Source of the DNA: Eledone cirrhosa
Lineage: Eukaryota
Assembly (NCBI GenBank): GCA_964016885.1
Contig: OZ024749.1
Location: 27,280,001-27,344,000, forward strand
Reading direction: 5' to 3'
Length of the DNA: 64,000 bases
Of the stretch, positions 1 through 36,740 are shown piece after piece. The position numbers and the translations under genes were made by a program. The notes beneath the pieces are model-generated. The model searched no databases, was not told the origin of the DNA, and was given only the letters and a program-made list of their open reading frames with translations. Each line of letters starts with the position of its first letter. Position 1 is the first letter of the stretch.

Positions 1-1195
1 TGGCTTGTGAGAGCTATACAAGCCATGTATAAAGAAACAGTGAGCAAGGTTAGAATTAACAACGAATATAGTGAAGAGTTTAGCGTAAAAGTTGGTGTCC
101 ATCAGGGCTCTGTTCTTAACCCCCTACTATTTATTATTGCCCTTCAGGCTATAACAGAGGAGTTCAAGACCGGCTGCCCATGGGAACTCCTATACGCAGA
201 TGATCTAACGCTCATAGCTGAATCAATGGCCGAGCTAGAGAAGAAATTCCAAACATGGAAGCACGGCCTCGAATCAAAAGGTCTTAAAATTAACCTGGCT
301 AAGACTAAAGTTCTAGTTTGTAGGAAAGAAAATAAGGCGCCGGTCCCTTCCGGGAAATGGCCATGCTCAGTGTGTAGGAAAGGCGTAGGTAGAAACTCCA
401 TTTTATGTCCCAAATGCAAAGTATGGGTGCATAAAAGATGTAGTGGGATCACAGATAAGCTAAGTAAGAACACAGATTTTACATGTGGCCGGTGCTCTGG
501 TGCAATAAGTAGCAGCAAGTGCCCACAAAATACTAGCTCTTTCAATTGCGCAGAGGGTTCTATAGAAATAGTGGACAGCTTCCGTTACCTGGGGGACAAA
601 ATCAGCAGTGGGGGATGGTGCTCTGAAAGTACAGTAGCTAGAGTCAGAACTGGATGGAAAAAGTTCAGAGAGCTTATACCACTATTAGCCGCTAAAGGGT
701 TCTCCCTAAAAATGAAAGGCAGGTTGTATGATGCCTGCATACGAACAGCAATGTTGCATGGCAGTGAGACCTGGGTATTGTGTGCAGAGGATATACGCAG
801 ACTAGAGAGGAACAAAGCTTGCATGCTCCGCTGGATGTGTAATAGTAATATACATGAATGGCAAAGCATAAACGAACTAAGGAAAAAATTAGAAATAAGA
901 GGGATCAGATGTTGTTTACTCGAGAGAAGGCTACGTTGGTATGGTCACGTGATGCGCATGAAAGACGACAGCTGTATAACAAAGTGCAGGGCAATAAAGA
1001 TAGATGGTAACCACGGAGTAGGCAGACCCAGAAAAACCTGGGACGAGCTGATAAATTCCGACCTCACACACTTACACCTCTCCAAGACAATGTCACTGGA
1101 CCGAGACCTTTGGCGGTACTCAGTAACAGAGAAGACCCGCCTTACCTAAATACAAAGTAAAACCTACTACAGTCAGTAGGCATCTCTAACAAAAT
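1..1195 (+). mobile_element. RTE-clade LINE, 3' part (RT + PHD-type finger), cut by window start
   Basis: ORF 7-1149 with GVHQGSVL.P, LYADD, FRYLG, RLRWYGHV, GRPRKTW; 3' UTR truncated by a CR1 fragment near 1200. Confidence 0.9.
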
Positions 1196-1204
1196 ACTAA
1201 TATT

Positions 1205-1748
1205 CTTGCTCAGAACATTGACCGCCTGGAAACTGTTCAGAGACGTGCAACCAAGTGAATACCCTCCAAACTCTGAGCGCCTTGCTTCCCTGGGCATGGA
1301 TACATTGAAGCTCCGATGCCTGGCAACTGACTTTGTAAACACCCACAAAATTGTTAACCATCTTGCCAACAACAACCCTGAGTACCTTTTTGATTCCCAT
1401 GTGTATAACACACGTGGACATGCCCACAAAGTCAGAAAACAGCACAGTTCCCATGACTTTCGGAAACATTTTTTCACGCTCAGAGTTGCTGAAGCATGGA
1501 ACAAACTACCTGCATCAGTTGTTAGCTGTCGAGACACTGCATCCTTTAAGGCCTCCATGCTTCCCGAGATCCGCCAACACTACAGTTAATGTTCCCCCTC
1601 CATACACATACACACATGTATACCATGACTCATACACTATTCACTTTCCTGACATTTGTGTATTATTCTATGTACTATACATACACCTTTGACGAGTTGT
1701 AGTGCACCTGAGCACTTTACACAATAATTTCATTATATTATATTATAT
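1205..1748 (+). mobile_element. CR1-type LINE 3' fragment
   Basis: NTRGHAHK...RKHFFTLRVAEAWNKLP; (att)n tail; near copy at 3086-3724. Confidence 0.85.
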
Positions 1749-2014
1749 AACGTTACGCCCTTATAATATCTGTCTGTATGTCTGGCTGTCTGCATTACGA
1801 CATTCTGACGCTATATGTGTGTATATGTATATATAGTGTGTGTATATATATATAGTGTGTAACGTTTTTCAAAATATTTACTACTGCGTTCACAGATTGA
1901 TTTTTTTAGTTTCAGAAGATCCTGTTAAGGGTGAAAGCAGCGATTCTTTGCTTAAACTTTAATCTGTTATTTTAATATATATATATATATATGTTATTTT
2001 AATATATATATATA

Positions 2015-2280
2015 TGGAGGCACATAGCTTAGTGGTTAGAGCATTGGCCTTGCATCGAAAGGTTGTGAGTTCAATTCTCAGACCGGGTGATGTGTTGTTT
2101 CCTTGAGCAGGACACTTTATTTCACATTGCTCCAGTTTACTCACTGGAAGTGCCACAGCAAAAAAGCAGGTTGGTGTTAGGAAGGGCATCCAGCTGTAGA
2201 AATCAAGCCAGAATCAGTTCCCGTCCCACCCTTGCAAGCAGGGAAAAGCGGACGTAAAATGAAATGATGATGATGATGAT
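2015..2280 (+). mobile_element. tRNA-derived SINE family A (internally deleted)
   Basis: A box TAGCTTAGTGG, B box GAGTTCAATTC, RTE-like tail ending (gat)n. Confidence 0.8.
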
Positions 2281-3085
2281 ATACATAGATATAGATATAT
2301 GGATAAGATATATATATATATATATATATATATATGGGGTAGATATATAGATATATTGGTAATCTATATATATAAATGGGGTAGATATATAGATATATGG
2401 GTAAGATATATAGATATATATATATATACATACATATATATATATGGGGTAGATATATAGATATATTGGTAATCTATATATATAAATGGGGTAGATATAT
2501 AGATATATGGGTAAGATATATAGATATTTGAGCCTTGTATTATAAACAAACATCACCAGCTGCTCAAATGGCATCAGTGTAAAATTGTGAGCAGTCACGA
2601 GAAGTAACATTATCTGTTGCTAATTGCAGTCCAATCTGATCTGCACTTGAGAGATAGTTAAACCTTTTAGGTCTGTTATCTCATGTGGTTGATTACTTTA
2701 GCTCTCTTCACAAACAGATAAAAACACAGAAGAATTTATCTTGGCCAAACTTTATATTTTATGATAATGTGATAATCAGGTTAACATATCATCACCTTCA
2801 TCATCTTCATATAACGTCTGCTTTCCCTTCTAACAAGGGTTGGATGGGTGTTCACAAATTAAATCAGTACTGCGTTGGAGGCTATTGACCCCTCCAGACA
2901 GGTTGGGAGCCTGCATCTTGCTTATATATGGTCTCATGCTCTACTGAGTGCATTTTATTGCAGCACCAGCTCTAAAGAGATTGACGTCTCTTTGACACAA
3001 ACTGAAGGGTCTTCCCATCCCTTTGTTTGGCAAGCTTTCTATGGCTGGACTTCCTATCATCAACCACTTAACAGCATGTAACTGG

Positions 3086-3724
3086 GTCTGTATAGCAGAT
3101 AGATCTACAATACTATAGCCTTTGTCAGCCGCTCTCCAGATATCTATTTAAGGCTGTACATGGCTATGGTGCGACCACACTTAGAATTTGCATCACCAGT
3201 CTGGAACCCCTATCTTGCTCAGGACATTGACCGCCTGGAAACTGTTCAGAGACGTGCAACCAAGCGAATACCCTCCATCAGGCATCTACCATACTCTAAG
3301 CGCCTTGCTTCCCTGGGCATGGATTCATTGAAGCTCCGACGCCTGGCGACTGATTTGGTAAACACCCACAAAATTGTTAACCATGTTGCCAACAACAACG
3401 CTGAGTGCCTTTTCGATTTCCATGAGTCTAACACACGTGGACATGCCCACAAAGTAAGAAAACAGCACAGTTCCCATGGCTTTCGGAAACATTTTTTCAC
3501 GCTCAGAGTTGCTGAAGCATGGAACAAACTACCTGCATCAGTTGTTAGCTGTCGAGACACTGCATCCTTTAAAGCCTCCATGCTTCCCGAGATCCGCCAA
3601 CACTACAGCTAACACATACACACATGTACTTCCCTGACATTTGTGTATTATTCTATGTACTATATTGACGAGTTGTGGTACACCTGAGTACTTTACACAA
3701 TAATTTCATTATTATTATTATTAT
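3086..3724 (+). mobile_element. CR1-type LINE 3' fragment
   Basis: VRPHLEFASPVWNP...LETVQRRATK...RVAEAWNKLP; (att)n tail. Confidence 0.88.
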
Positions 3725-4016
3725 AAGTTGTTAAGCTATTGACACAACTGAAGAGTTCTTCTTTGTATTATATTTAAATATAGGGGGGGGGGGCTATGAT
3801 GGGGTGACTCAGGAATCCCAATAAACCTGAACCACTAGAATGTCCAACAGCATCTGGGAAGGGTGCCCCTCTCCTTTTCAAATCAGCCAGACTACTGGTG
3901 CATTGTCAGAGTAGGCCCATTCCCATGGCCTTTCACCCACATTTTAGCAAATGTACTTCCCTCTCCACCCTTCTCACCCTTCTTTCTGAGGGGAATTTGA
4001 AAAACCACCAACACTC

Positions 4017-4330
4017 TTACTACTACCACCTCTACTAGAATCATGACTATTTCAAATACTATTAACACTACTACGACTATTACTAGTAACACCACTACTA
4101 CTACTAAAATCACTACTACTACTATTACTACTAGCACCACTACTACTACTATTACTACTAACACCACTACTATTACTACTACTAACATCACTACTACTAT
4201 TACTACTAACACTACTACTACTATTACTACAGCTGCTGGTGTTAGCTGTTATCACCACTATTACCAGCATTACCGCCACTACTACTGCTATTTTTAGTTC
4301 TACCACCACCACTACTACTACCACTACCAT
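4017..4330. repeat. (ACT)n/(ACC)n trinucleotide microsatellite
   Basis: Direct reading of sequence. Confidence 0.9.
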
Positions 4331-4475
4331 TTAAATGTGAAAAAGTCAACAAACAGTTCAAAAAGTGGCTTTGTATCGACAAACATAATTGCATATATTT
4401 TATATACACTCAAGGTATGTTGTTTCTGCCCTATTTCTTTCCCACCTTCTCCCTTTTATTTCTACTATTCCTATA

Positions 4476-4750
4476 TGTGGTACTTAGATTTGTTAAACAT
4501 AGCAGCTAAATCTCCCTCAAATCACACCCTACGACACTCTATAGAAAACCTTTATGTAGTGCCTAGATTTGTTAGAAATAGCAGCCAAATCTCTCTCAGA
4601 TCACACCTTATGTTACTCTATAGAAAACCTTTATGTACTGCTTAGATGTGTTAGAGATAGCAGCCAAATCTTCCTCAAATTTCCCCTAAGTCACACAATA
4701 GGGAGCCTCGATTGCAAAAAATAGCAGCCAAATCTCCTCTCTCAAATCAC
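4476..4750. repeat. ~79-bp tandem array of a dispersed motif (gaaatagcagccaaatctc...tcaaatcacac)
   Basis: Three to four units; the same motif recurs near 5100, 27945, 47070, 48150, 49575 and 54170. Confidence 0.7.
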
Positions 4751-4873
4751 ACTCTATCTCCTTCGAATGGGTTGATAGAGATGAAGAGCTGTCTTTGCAG
4801 TATCTCAACTTGCTAGAAATACTCTCTACATCCTTCAAATGGGGCGGGGGAAGGCGAAGAGCTCTGTCTATAC

Positions 4874-5084
4874 CAGGCATGTCAAACATGCGACCAGCGG
4901 ACAGCATGCGCTCTTTACAAGCACACTTGCACAAAGGTTTTTACAGCGCGAGCATGTTTTATCTTCGTAATATAAAATTTAAAAAATTTGTTGTAATATG
5001 CGTAATTAGCTGTCGTGTGTGGCCCTCAAACAATACATATGTGACCAATGTGGCCCTCGGGGAACCCTCAGTTTAACATGCCTG
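4874..5084. mobile_element. hAT-type MITE
   Basis: TIR caggcatgtcaaac / gtttaacatgcctg; perfect 8-bp TSD gtctatac at 4866-4873 and 5085-5092. Confidence 0.9.
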
Positions 5085-7002
5085 GTCTATACAGTATCTC
5101 AACTTGCTAGAAATAGCAGCTGAATGAGAAGCAAACTGGATAATGTAGTGTGAGGCATATTATCGCATAATGTCGCTGTTGTTGTTTCGTAAATCACATG
5201 CTTTTAAAATGTTATTATTTTTACCTATACACGAAGCGTTAAGTATATTTTGTTTGCAAGGATGAACATTTCATTACAAATGCGAACTGGACGTTATAAA
5301 ACCCACCTCCTAATTTCATTTTTGTTCTTTTTAGATTTATAAATACGTGTTCGTTATAATAACAAACGGAATTTATTCGTTTCGGTAATTTAAGAAAGCC
5401 AAAGTTTTATTTTTTTTTTTTTAACATTGACGCACATATTATGGAATAGTATCTTATGTATTTTAAGAAGAAAATAGCCGGTGTGGTCACGACTGGAACA
5501 TCCTTAATTTGTTTTATCTCTATACGGGTTAACCTGGGAGAAACAGCAATGATATACGTACCACAGTTAGGTCGTTTCGCATCTAACTATTTCGCTTTTT
5601 ACATTTACCATTTGCTCCATATATTTTCCGTTCATGCCCCCCTTAAATACTAGCTTGGAAAGTGCGTGGTTTAGTAGTTAGGGTGTTCGACTCACGATCA
5701 TAAGATTGTAAGTTCTATTCCAGGTGGTGTGTTCTGCCCATGAATAAGGTATTTTATTATATGGTGTGTCAGACTACATTCATGTATGTATAGCATCATC
5801 ATTGTTTAACATCAATTATAGACGCTAGTATGGTTTAGACAGGTGTGTCCCACTTGAAGCAAGTTGGGTCGGATGACAGTGTCTCGCTCGTATAGGACCA
5901 ATGGGGAATGAGGACCATCCAGGGGGCGATTCAGAAATCCCACCAATCCTGAACCACTCGAAGCTCCACGAGCACATGGAGAGAGTGCACCTTTCCTCTT
6001 CAAATCAGCCAGCCTACGGATGCATTGTCAGAGTAGGCCGATTCCCACGGGTCCTTCTCACAAATTTCACCCACATTTTAGCAAATGTACAGAGTGGGTG
6101 GACAACACTTCCCGTTTCCCTCTCCACCCTCCTGGGTATATATGTGTGTGTGTGTGTGTGTGTATCAAATGAAACAACAGAGTTAAGGACTCGCGTTTAT
6201 CCCTGTAATTTAATGAGCTCAATACGAATATGGCAAATGCGGCCATTAATCACTCGTATACATAAAACTGACTGGCTGGCTTATCTACTGACATGCAAAT
6301 CTGGCTGATCAGTGGGTCTGCTAATATGCAGATCTGACTGATCAGGCAGTCTGCTAATATGTAAATCAGGCCGATCAATGATTGGATATTTTAGAAAATA
6401 TCATATATTTTCACTAGCTCTGACAGTTAGCAGGTAAGCAGTATACTATACTGATGAAGGTTAACACCCAGAAACAGTGTTTGAAGTTCTATTTAGATGC
6501 CAATACAAGAGCAATAAATACGGAGTCATTCTACTGACATGACTTTAAAGAGGCTGTTTTTATGATTGCAAACGAATCGAATATTGTTATCAATATTCGA
6601 AAAACTCAGATTACATTTATTGTATATATATGTGTGTGTGTGTGTATATATATATGTGTATATGTATGTATATATATATGTGTGTGTGTACATATATATC
6701 CAGAGGATGTCATTACAACAGCAGAGGTCTGTCAAGCTTTTGATTCCAGATCGATACAGATCGAACCTTGCGCTGATCGATAGCGAAACGCGCGTCACCA
6801 GCCAATAAACATGAACCTAAACATCAAGTGCTCTCCCGTGTGAACCTACAGTAACTCCGCGTTACACTCCCTGGATATATATATATATATATATATATGG
6901 GATAACAAATTATCGTTATAGGTAATCCAGTTAGAGATTGTGAATATACCGTATTGTGGATAGTTCGCGGGAATTCCTATGCAGGTTAATCTTGGAGTAA
7001 TA

Positions 7003-7405
7003 ATAGTGAAAGACTGAAGAATAAGATGGTCAACAGTACAAAAAGGGTTTTATTTACAGTATTAACAATTATTTCATTGATTAAGTTGTCTAAAAATTGT
7101 TAATTACTTGAAGTTGTGTCACTCAATTTTAAATACAATGTATGCTTAATCAAGAAACTGGTTAAAATTATACACGGCGTTTGTAACATAGGATTTGAAT
7201 TTTCCTAGTATATTACAAACGCCGTGTATAATTTTAATCAGTTTTTCCGATGATTTGATTAAGCATACATTGTATTTAAAATTGATTGACACAACTTCAA
7301 GTGATTAGCAATTTTTAGACAACCTAATCAATGAAACAATTGTTAATACTGTAAATAAAACCCTTTTTGTACCGTTGACCATGTTATTCTTCACTCTTTT
7401 ACTAT
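7003..7405. repeat. Long foldback inverted repeat (~190-bp arms)
   Basis: 7003-7192 is the reverse complement of 7202-7405 with scattered mismatches and one indel. Confidence 0.92.
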
Positions 7406-7465
7406 ATATATGTTTATATATGTGTGTGTGTCTAGATATATATATGTCGACATATTCTCTATTCT

Positions 7466-7575
7466 GCAACTCTCACTTCTGACCCGTTACTTCTCAATCT
7501 TTTCCAAACCCACCTATCACCATGTTTAAGAGCGCCCGTAATCTCCGCGACCTCCAGGTACGTAGTTCCTTCACT
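7466..7575 (+). mobile_element. Penelope-like element relic (RT to GIY-YIG linker)
   Basis: Translates FPNPPITMFKSARNLRDLQVRSS, matching the PLE motif P...FRR..NLRD.LVRS. Confidence 0.55.
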
Positions 7576-8169
7576 TCTTCACCTAGGACTCCACTCGGCT
7601 CTCGTCCGCACTTCAACACCTGTCTCTTCATTTCTCTCTCTCTCTCTCTCTCTCTCTCTGTTATCACCATAATCAATACCGTTTAGCGTCCATTTTTCTA
7701 TGCTTGCATGAATTAGACGGGTTGTCCACGTTTGGAGACAAGTCTGGCCAGAGTTGGCCACGCCATACCTTGTTCCGACGGGGACTGCAAATTTGGCAGA
7801 ATAACGCATTTACAGACCGTGGCCGCGGGACCATACAACTACAGAAATGGTCAAATCAAGTTTATAGCTTAAGGGAAATAAATCTTGATCTATTCAGGAG
7901 AGGATATAAACGATTTCTTTCCCCTTGACTATTATACGAATTGGCTTAAAAACTTATGATATAACGATACCAAGTCTTTACTTGGTCACTCTACCAACTA
8001 AAAATATCTTCAACAAAATAAATATATAAAAGCAGACTAAGAAACGCTAAGATATTCGATTTATAGCTCTTTAATAAAACATTGTTAATGAAAAACAAAG
8101 AAGGTTAAAGTAAATACCGTAACTTCGTAGGAGCCTTAAAAACATTGGGTTAAGAGGTGCCTATTGATT

Positions 8170-8395
8170 GTAGATTTAAGTTTGTAAAGATCTCGATCCA
8201 GTGACATTTTCTGAGAGATGTGTAAGCGAGCAAGGTCATTTTTTATCACCCTTTTATCACAGGTTTTTCTGGATCTACCCACTCCGTAGCTTCCATCAAT
8301 TTTGATCTCTCTGAACTTTTTTATACAGCTGTAGTCCTTCATATGCATCACATGTCCATACCAACACAATCTCTACAGCACACATTTGATACCTC
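8170..8395 (-). mobile_element. Decayed RTE 3' fragment
   Basis: WYGHVMHMKDYSCIKK...GRSRKT...SLDRDL. Confidence 0.8.
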
Positions 8396-9122
8396 TTATG
8401 TAAATATGTATATATGTATAAATATAGAGAAAAGGTGAAGTTGGAAATAGAATGGAAAATATATTTTAGGGTCTGTTTTTCTTTTTTTTTTCTTTCTTTG
8501 ATTCGTCAAAGTGATATTGAAAAAATGAGAGGGACAATTCTTTTTAAAAAGAGTTTTATAATGTATATAAAGTATTACCGATTTCAATGTATTAACAAAA
8601 TTCATCTTGTCAAATATTGAATATTACAATTAAAAAGAATTAATAAGAATTAAAAGCTAAAAATTAAAAATGTTGAATTAAGTGTTGAGGTAAGTTTTTT
8701 TCATCTTCCTTGTTGAAAAGGAGACTGTATAAATATATATATATATATAACAATAATGGTAATGAGCCAGACAATTAGATATCACTTAGGATCGCCGATT
8801 TCCACTCATTCAATGATTTTACTAAAATTGTATGTTGCAAATACAAATTTGCATATCAGAGTGACACATATGTTACATAGAATATAAATAGATTTGTGTG
8901 GGAACACAAAATAGGCTCCGAACTGTACACAGTTTCATTTTAGTGTCTTGAGTGCAGCTGGTGCAATAGCAAAATATATATATATACTTATTATCATTTA
9001 TTGTTTGTTCTTAGGAGAACTAGAAGGTTCAAAATCTAGCTACCCTCCCTTGCTCACTTTCTTACATTGTTGCTTTGTTTGTTTGTTGATTATAAATTTG
9101 CTTTCATTTCTTCAGCAACAAA

Positions 9123-32377
<23,255 letters not shown>

Positions 32378-33989
32378 TCTCCAACATTAACAAGGTGTCT
32401 ACATTTAAAATTAACAGGTGCTACATAATGAAATAAAAAGTCTTTCTTTCTTATATTGGTTTTTCTAATTTAGGCACAAGGCCAGCAAATTTTGGGTGGG
32501 AATGGCAAAATTGATTAAATCAACCCAAGTACATGACTGGTACTTTATCAAACCATACTACAATAGCATTATATTCAACGCTCAATAGATTCTGCCAATC
32601 TACTAAACTTTCATAGTTTCTAATTCAGCCAGCAAATTTTGGAAGGGAAGGGACAAAGTTGATTAACCCTTTAGCATTTAAACCGACTGTAACTAGCCAC
32701 TCATACTGATGTTAAGGTATTGTTCTCAAAATATCAGATTCGATATTATGTGAAAATACAATAGAATATCTAGAGTAATGTAAATGATAGATCAATCCAA
32801 GTACAGGACGTATTTATTTTAACAAACCCGGAAGAATGAAAGAAAGTTTATCAGAGAATGTTAAGAGCCTACAACAAACACTGCAATAGCATTTTAGTCA
32901 ATGCTCTACTGATTCTGCCAATCTACTAAACTTTCATGATTTCTAATTTAGCCAGGAAGCCAATAAATTTTGGGAGGGAAGGGGCAAAATTGATTAAACC
33001 AACACCCAGAACATAACTGGTACTTTACCAACTTCAAAAGGATGAAAGGCTAAGTTTGACCTTGAACTCAATGTAAAAAGCTAGAACAAATATAATGGCA
33101 TTTTATTCAACGCTCTATCAATTCTGCCAATACCCCCCAGTGTTTGACAATAATTATGGTTTGATTTAGGTACAAAGCCAACCAAATTGACCCCAGTACA
33201 TTAATGGTATTTTATTTTATTGAACCCCAGAGATGAAAAAGGCAAAGCTAACCTTGGTTGGATTTGAACTCAGAATGCAACTAAATGCTGCAAAGCATGT
33301 TGTCCAACAATCAACCACTAAAAAGTCTAAAATTGTCTTGAACCAGGTTCATCAGGCTGGTGATTATCCTGGTTTCCATGGCATTACTCTTTATCATTTA
33401 CATTATTCTACATATACTATTGCTGCAAAGCATACTGTCTGACACACTACCGATTCTGCCAAATAACAATAATGGTTTATGATCTAGGCACAAGACCAAT
33501 TTTAAAGAAGGAAAAAGTCAATCAAATTGACAAAGTGCATTACTGGTAGTTTATTTTATCGACCCCGTAAGGATAAAAGGCAAAGTTAACTTCAGCAAGA
33601 TTTGAACTCAGACTGTAAAGGGATGGAACTACATGCAGAAAAAAAAAAAAAAAAAAAAGCATGTTGTCCACCACCCTTAATAATATCAACAATTCAAAAC
33701 ACATCAGAGACGAAACAAGGTGACAGTATATATTTGTCATCATTGTAATGTTTTACTTCATGAAGAGGAAAAAAAAAAAATTATTTTTTATTAATTGATT
33801 AAAAAAAGAAAAAAATTCCGAGGATTAATTAAAAACAAAATAACGTTTACAACAAAAATGAAACAAAGTTTACATGAGGATTTTTTTTTTGTGGTTTCCA
33901 TAGCCAGCTCCCACCCCCTTCCCACAGTCGCGAAACTTATTACATGGCATTGTTAAACATTGCTTCTAAAGTAGAAAAGGGGCAACAAA

Positions 33990-35250
33990 ATATATACACA
34001 CACGTATATATATATATACACACACACGTATATATATATACACACATATATGTATATATATATATATACACATATATGTATATATATATATACACACATA
34101 TATGTATATATATATATACACACATATATGTATATATATATATACACACATATATGTATATATATATATACACACATATATGTATATATATATATACACA
34201 CATATATATATATATATACACACATATGTATACATATATATATATATACACATATGTATATATATATATATATACACATATGTATATATATATATATACA
34301 CATATATGTATATATATATATATACACACATATATGTATATATACACATATATGTATATATATATATACACATATATGTATATATATATATACACATATA
34401 TGTATATATATATATACACATATATGTATATATATATATACACATATATGTATATATATATATACACATATATGTATATATATATATACACATATATGTA
34501 TATATATATATACACATATATGTATATATATATATACACATATATGTATATATATATATACACATATATGTATATATATATATACACATATGTATATATA
34601 TATACACATATGTATATATATATACACATATGTATATATATATACACATATATGTATATATATATACACATATATGTATATATATATACACATATATGTA
34701 TATATATATACACATATATGTATATATATATACACATATATGTATATATATATACACATATATGTATATATATATACACATATATGTATATATATATACA
34801 CATATGTATATATATACACATGTATATATATACACATGTATATATATACACATATGTGTATATATACACATATGTGTATATATACACATATGTGTATATA
34901 TACACATATGTGTATATATATATACACATATATGTGTATATATATATATATATATACACATATGTGTATATATATATATATATACACATGTGTATATATA
35001 TATATATATACACATGTGTATATATATATATATATACACATGTGTATATATATATATATATACACATGTGTATATATATATATATATACACATGTGTATA
35101 TATATATATATATACACATATGTGTATATATATATATACACATATATGTGTATATATATATATACACATATATGTATATATATATACACACATGTGTATA
35201 TATATATATATACACACATATGTGTATATATATATATATATATACACACA
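33990..35250. repeat. 1.26-kb (TA/CA/TG) compound microsatellite
   Basis: Direct reading of sequence. Confidence 0.97.
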
Positions 35251-36027
35251 TTTCTATTATTGGTCTTAGTCATTGGACTGAGAACATGCTACACACACAC
35301 ACACACACACATCATATGCCTAGCCGTATATATAGTGTACGCATGGATGAACCCTTAAATCTTGATCCAGTCCTAGTGGCACTGTAGTGAGACACAGCAT
35401 TACGATGCAATGTTCACTCTCACACACTGCATGAATGTATATATATATATATACACAAAACAAGAAGGCCAGTCCCATGCACACCACCAAACACACACAC
35501 ATATATATATATATATAGGGTGTCCCCAAAAAATGCAAACACACTTCAACAGCATTCTAATCAAAGTGTGTATACATTTTTGGGAACACTATATATATAT
35601 ATATATTCAAACATTTAGATAGATGTGTGTACATCATATATACACATACATACAAAGAAATGGCCATCATCAAGCATATATATATATACACACACACACC
35701 ATCAAACATATAGATGTTTCTATATCATATATACACACAGAAGCATACAAAGAAATATTTACTCCCACACCATCAAACAGATGGTGTGTACATCATATAT
35801 ACGCATTCTGTCCCACACACCACAAAACAGATGTATATATATTATATATACACATCTGCTTAATGGTGTGGGTGTATTACACACAAAGAAATGTCCACAA
35901 ACCCTACAAACACATGCCCCACCAGCCTCAACACCTGTTTCTTTTTCTTTTTATTTTCTACTTTGTTTTTTATTCATGCTATTATTCTTTTTGTTGGTTG
36001 GTGGCTGTAGATTGAACCTGCAACAAA

Positions 36028-36699
36028 TCAACTCTTTTTAGAGCTTGGTTTCAGTTCATCAAAGCAAGATCTTAGAAATATGTGGGGCTTCATTCTCTGG
36101 GGATCAAAACTTTCATGGCCCTGAAAGACAGAGAGAGAGAGAAATATAAGAACAGAGTTAACTATAGTGAGAGGGAGGGAGACAGTGTGATAATGAGAAG
36201 AAAGTACGTAAAAACGAGAGAGAGAGCGTGTGAGAAGACAGTGAATGAGAAAGAGGAAGTGTGTGAGAGAGAGAGTGTAATGAGTCAGAGGAAGTGTGTG
36301 AGAGAGAGAGTGTAATGAGTCAAAGAAAGAGTGAGTGATAGAGCCCATGAGAAAATGTAAAGAGTTAGAGAGTGAAAAAGAAAAACATACTAACCTTTGA
36401 CCAATCATAACTAGAGGCATAAGCAAAAATATTTCCCTGTGCATTGAAGGAACAAGTAGTGAGAGGTTGATCAAACTGTTCAGAATTCTTTAACTTAGTT
36501 CGGGCATCTTTATCCCAAAAACTGAACCGTCCATCAGAACCAACAGTAGCCAAAGTACCATGGACTGGATGGAATGCAATACCATTCACCTGGGAAAACA
36601 CAAACAACAGATTTAATATTTATTAACTGAACTGGATGAAATGCTATACCTTTCCCCTGGCAAAGTCGTTAGAACATTAGATAGAATATCGTCCGCACC

Positions 36700-36740
<41 letters not shown>

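Noticed and set aside
144-869. Antisense ORFs over the RTE RT (repeated in other copies)
   Set aside because: Shadow ORFs of the LINE coding strand; they recur only because the copies are near-identical.
3892-4330. Thr-rich mucin-like or poly-Val ORFs
   Set aside because: (ACT)n microsatellite with no splice context.
35982-36027. Alternative RAE1 last-exon acceptor just after the stop (ttgttgcag|GTTCAA)
   Set aside because: Short pyrimidine tract, and it would drop the conserved GHE...FLR tail; no support from sequence alone.
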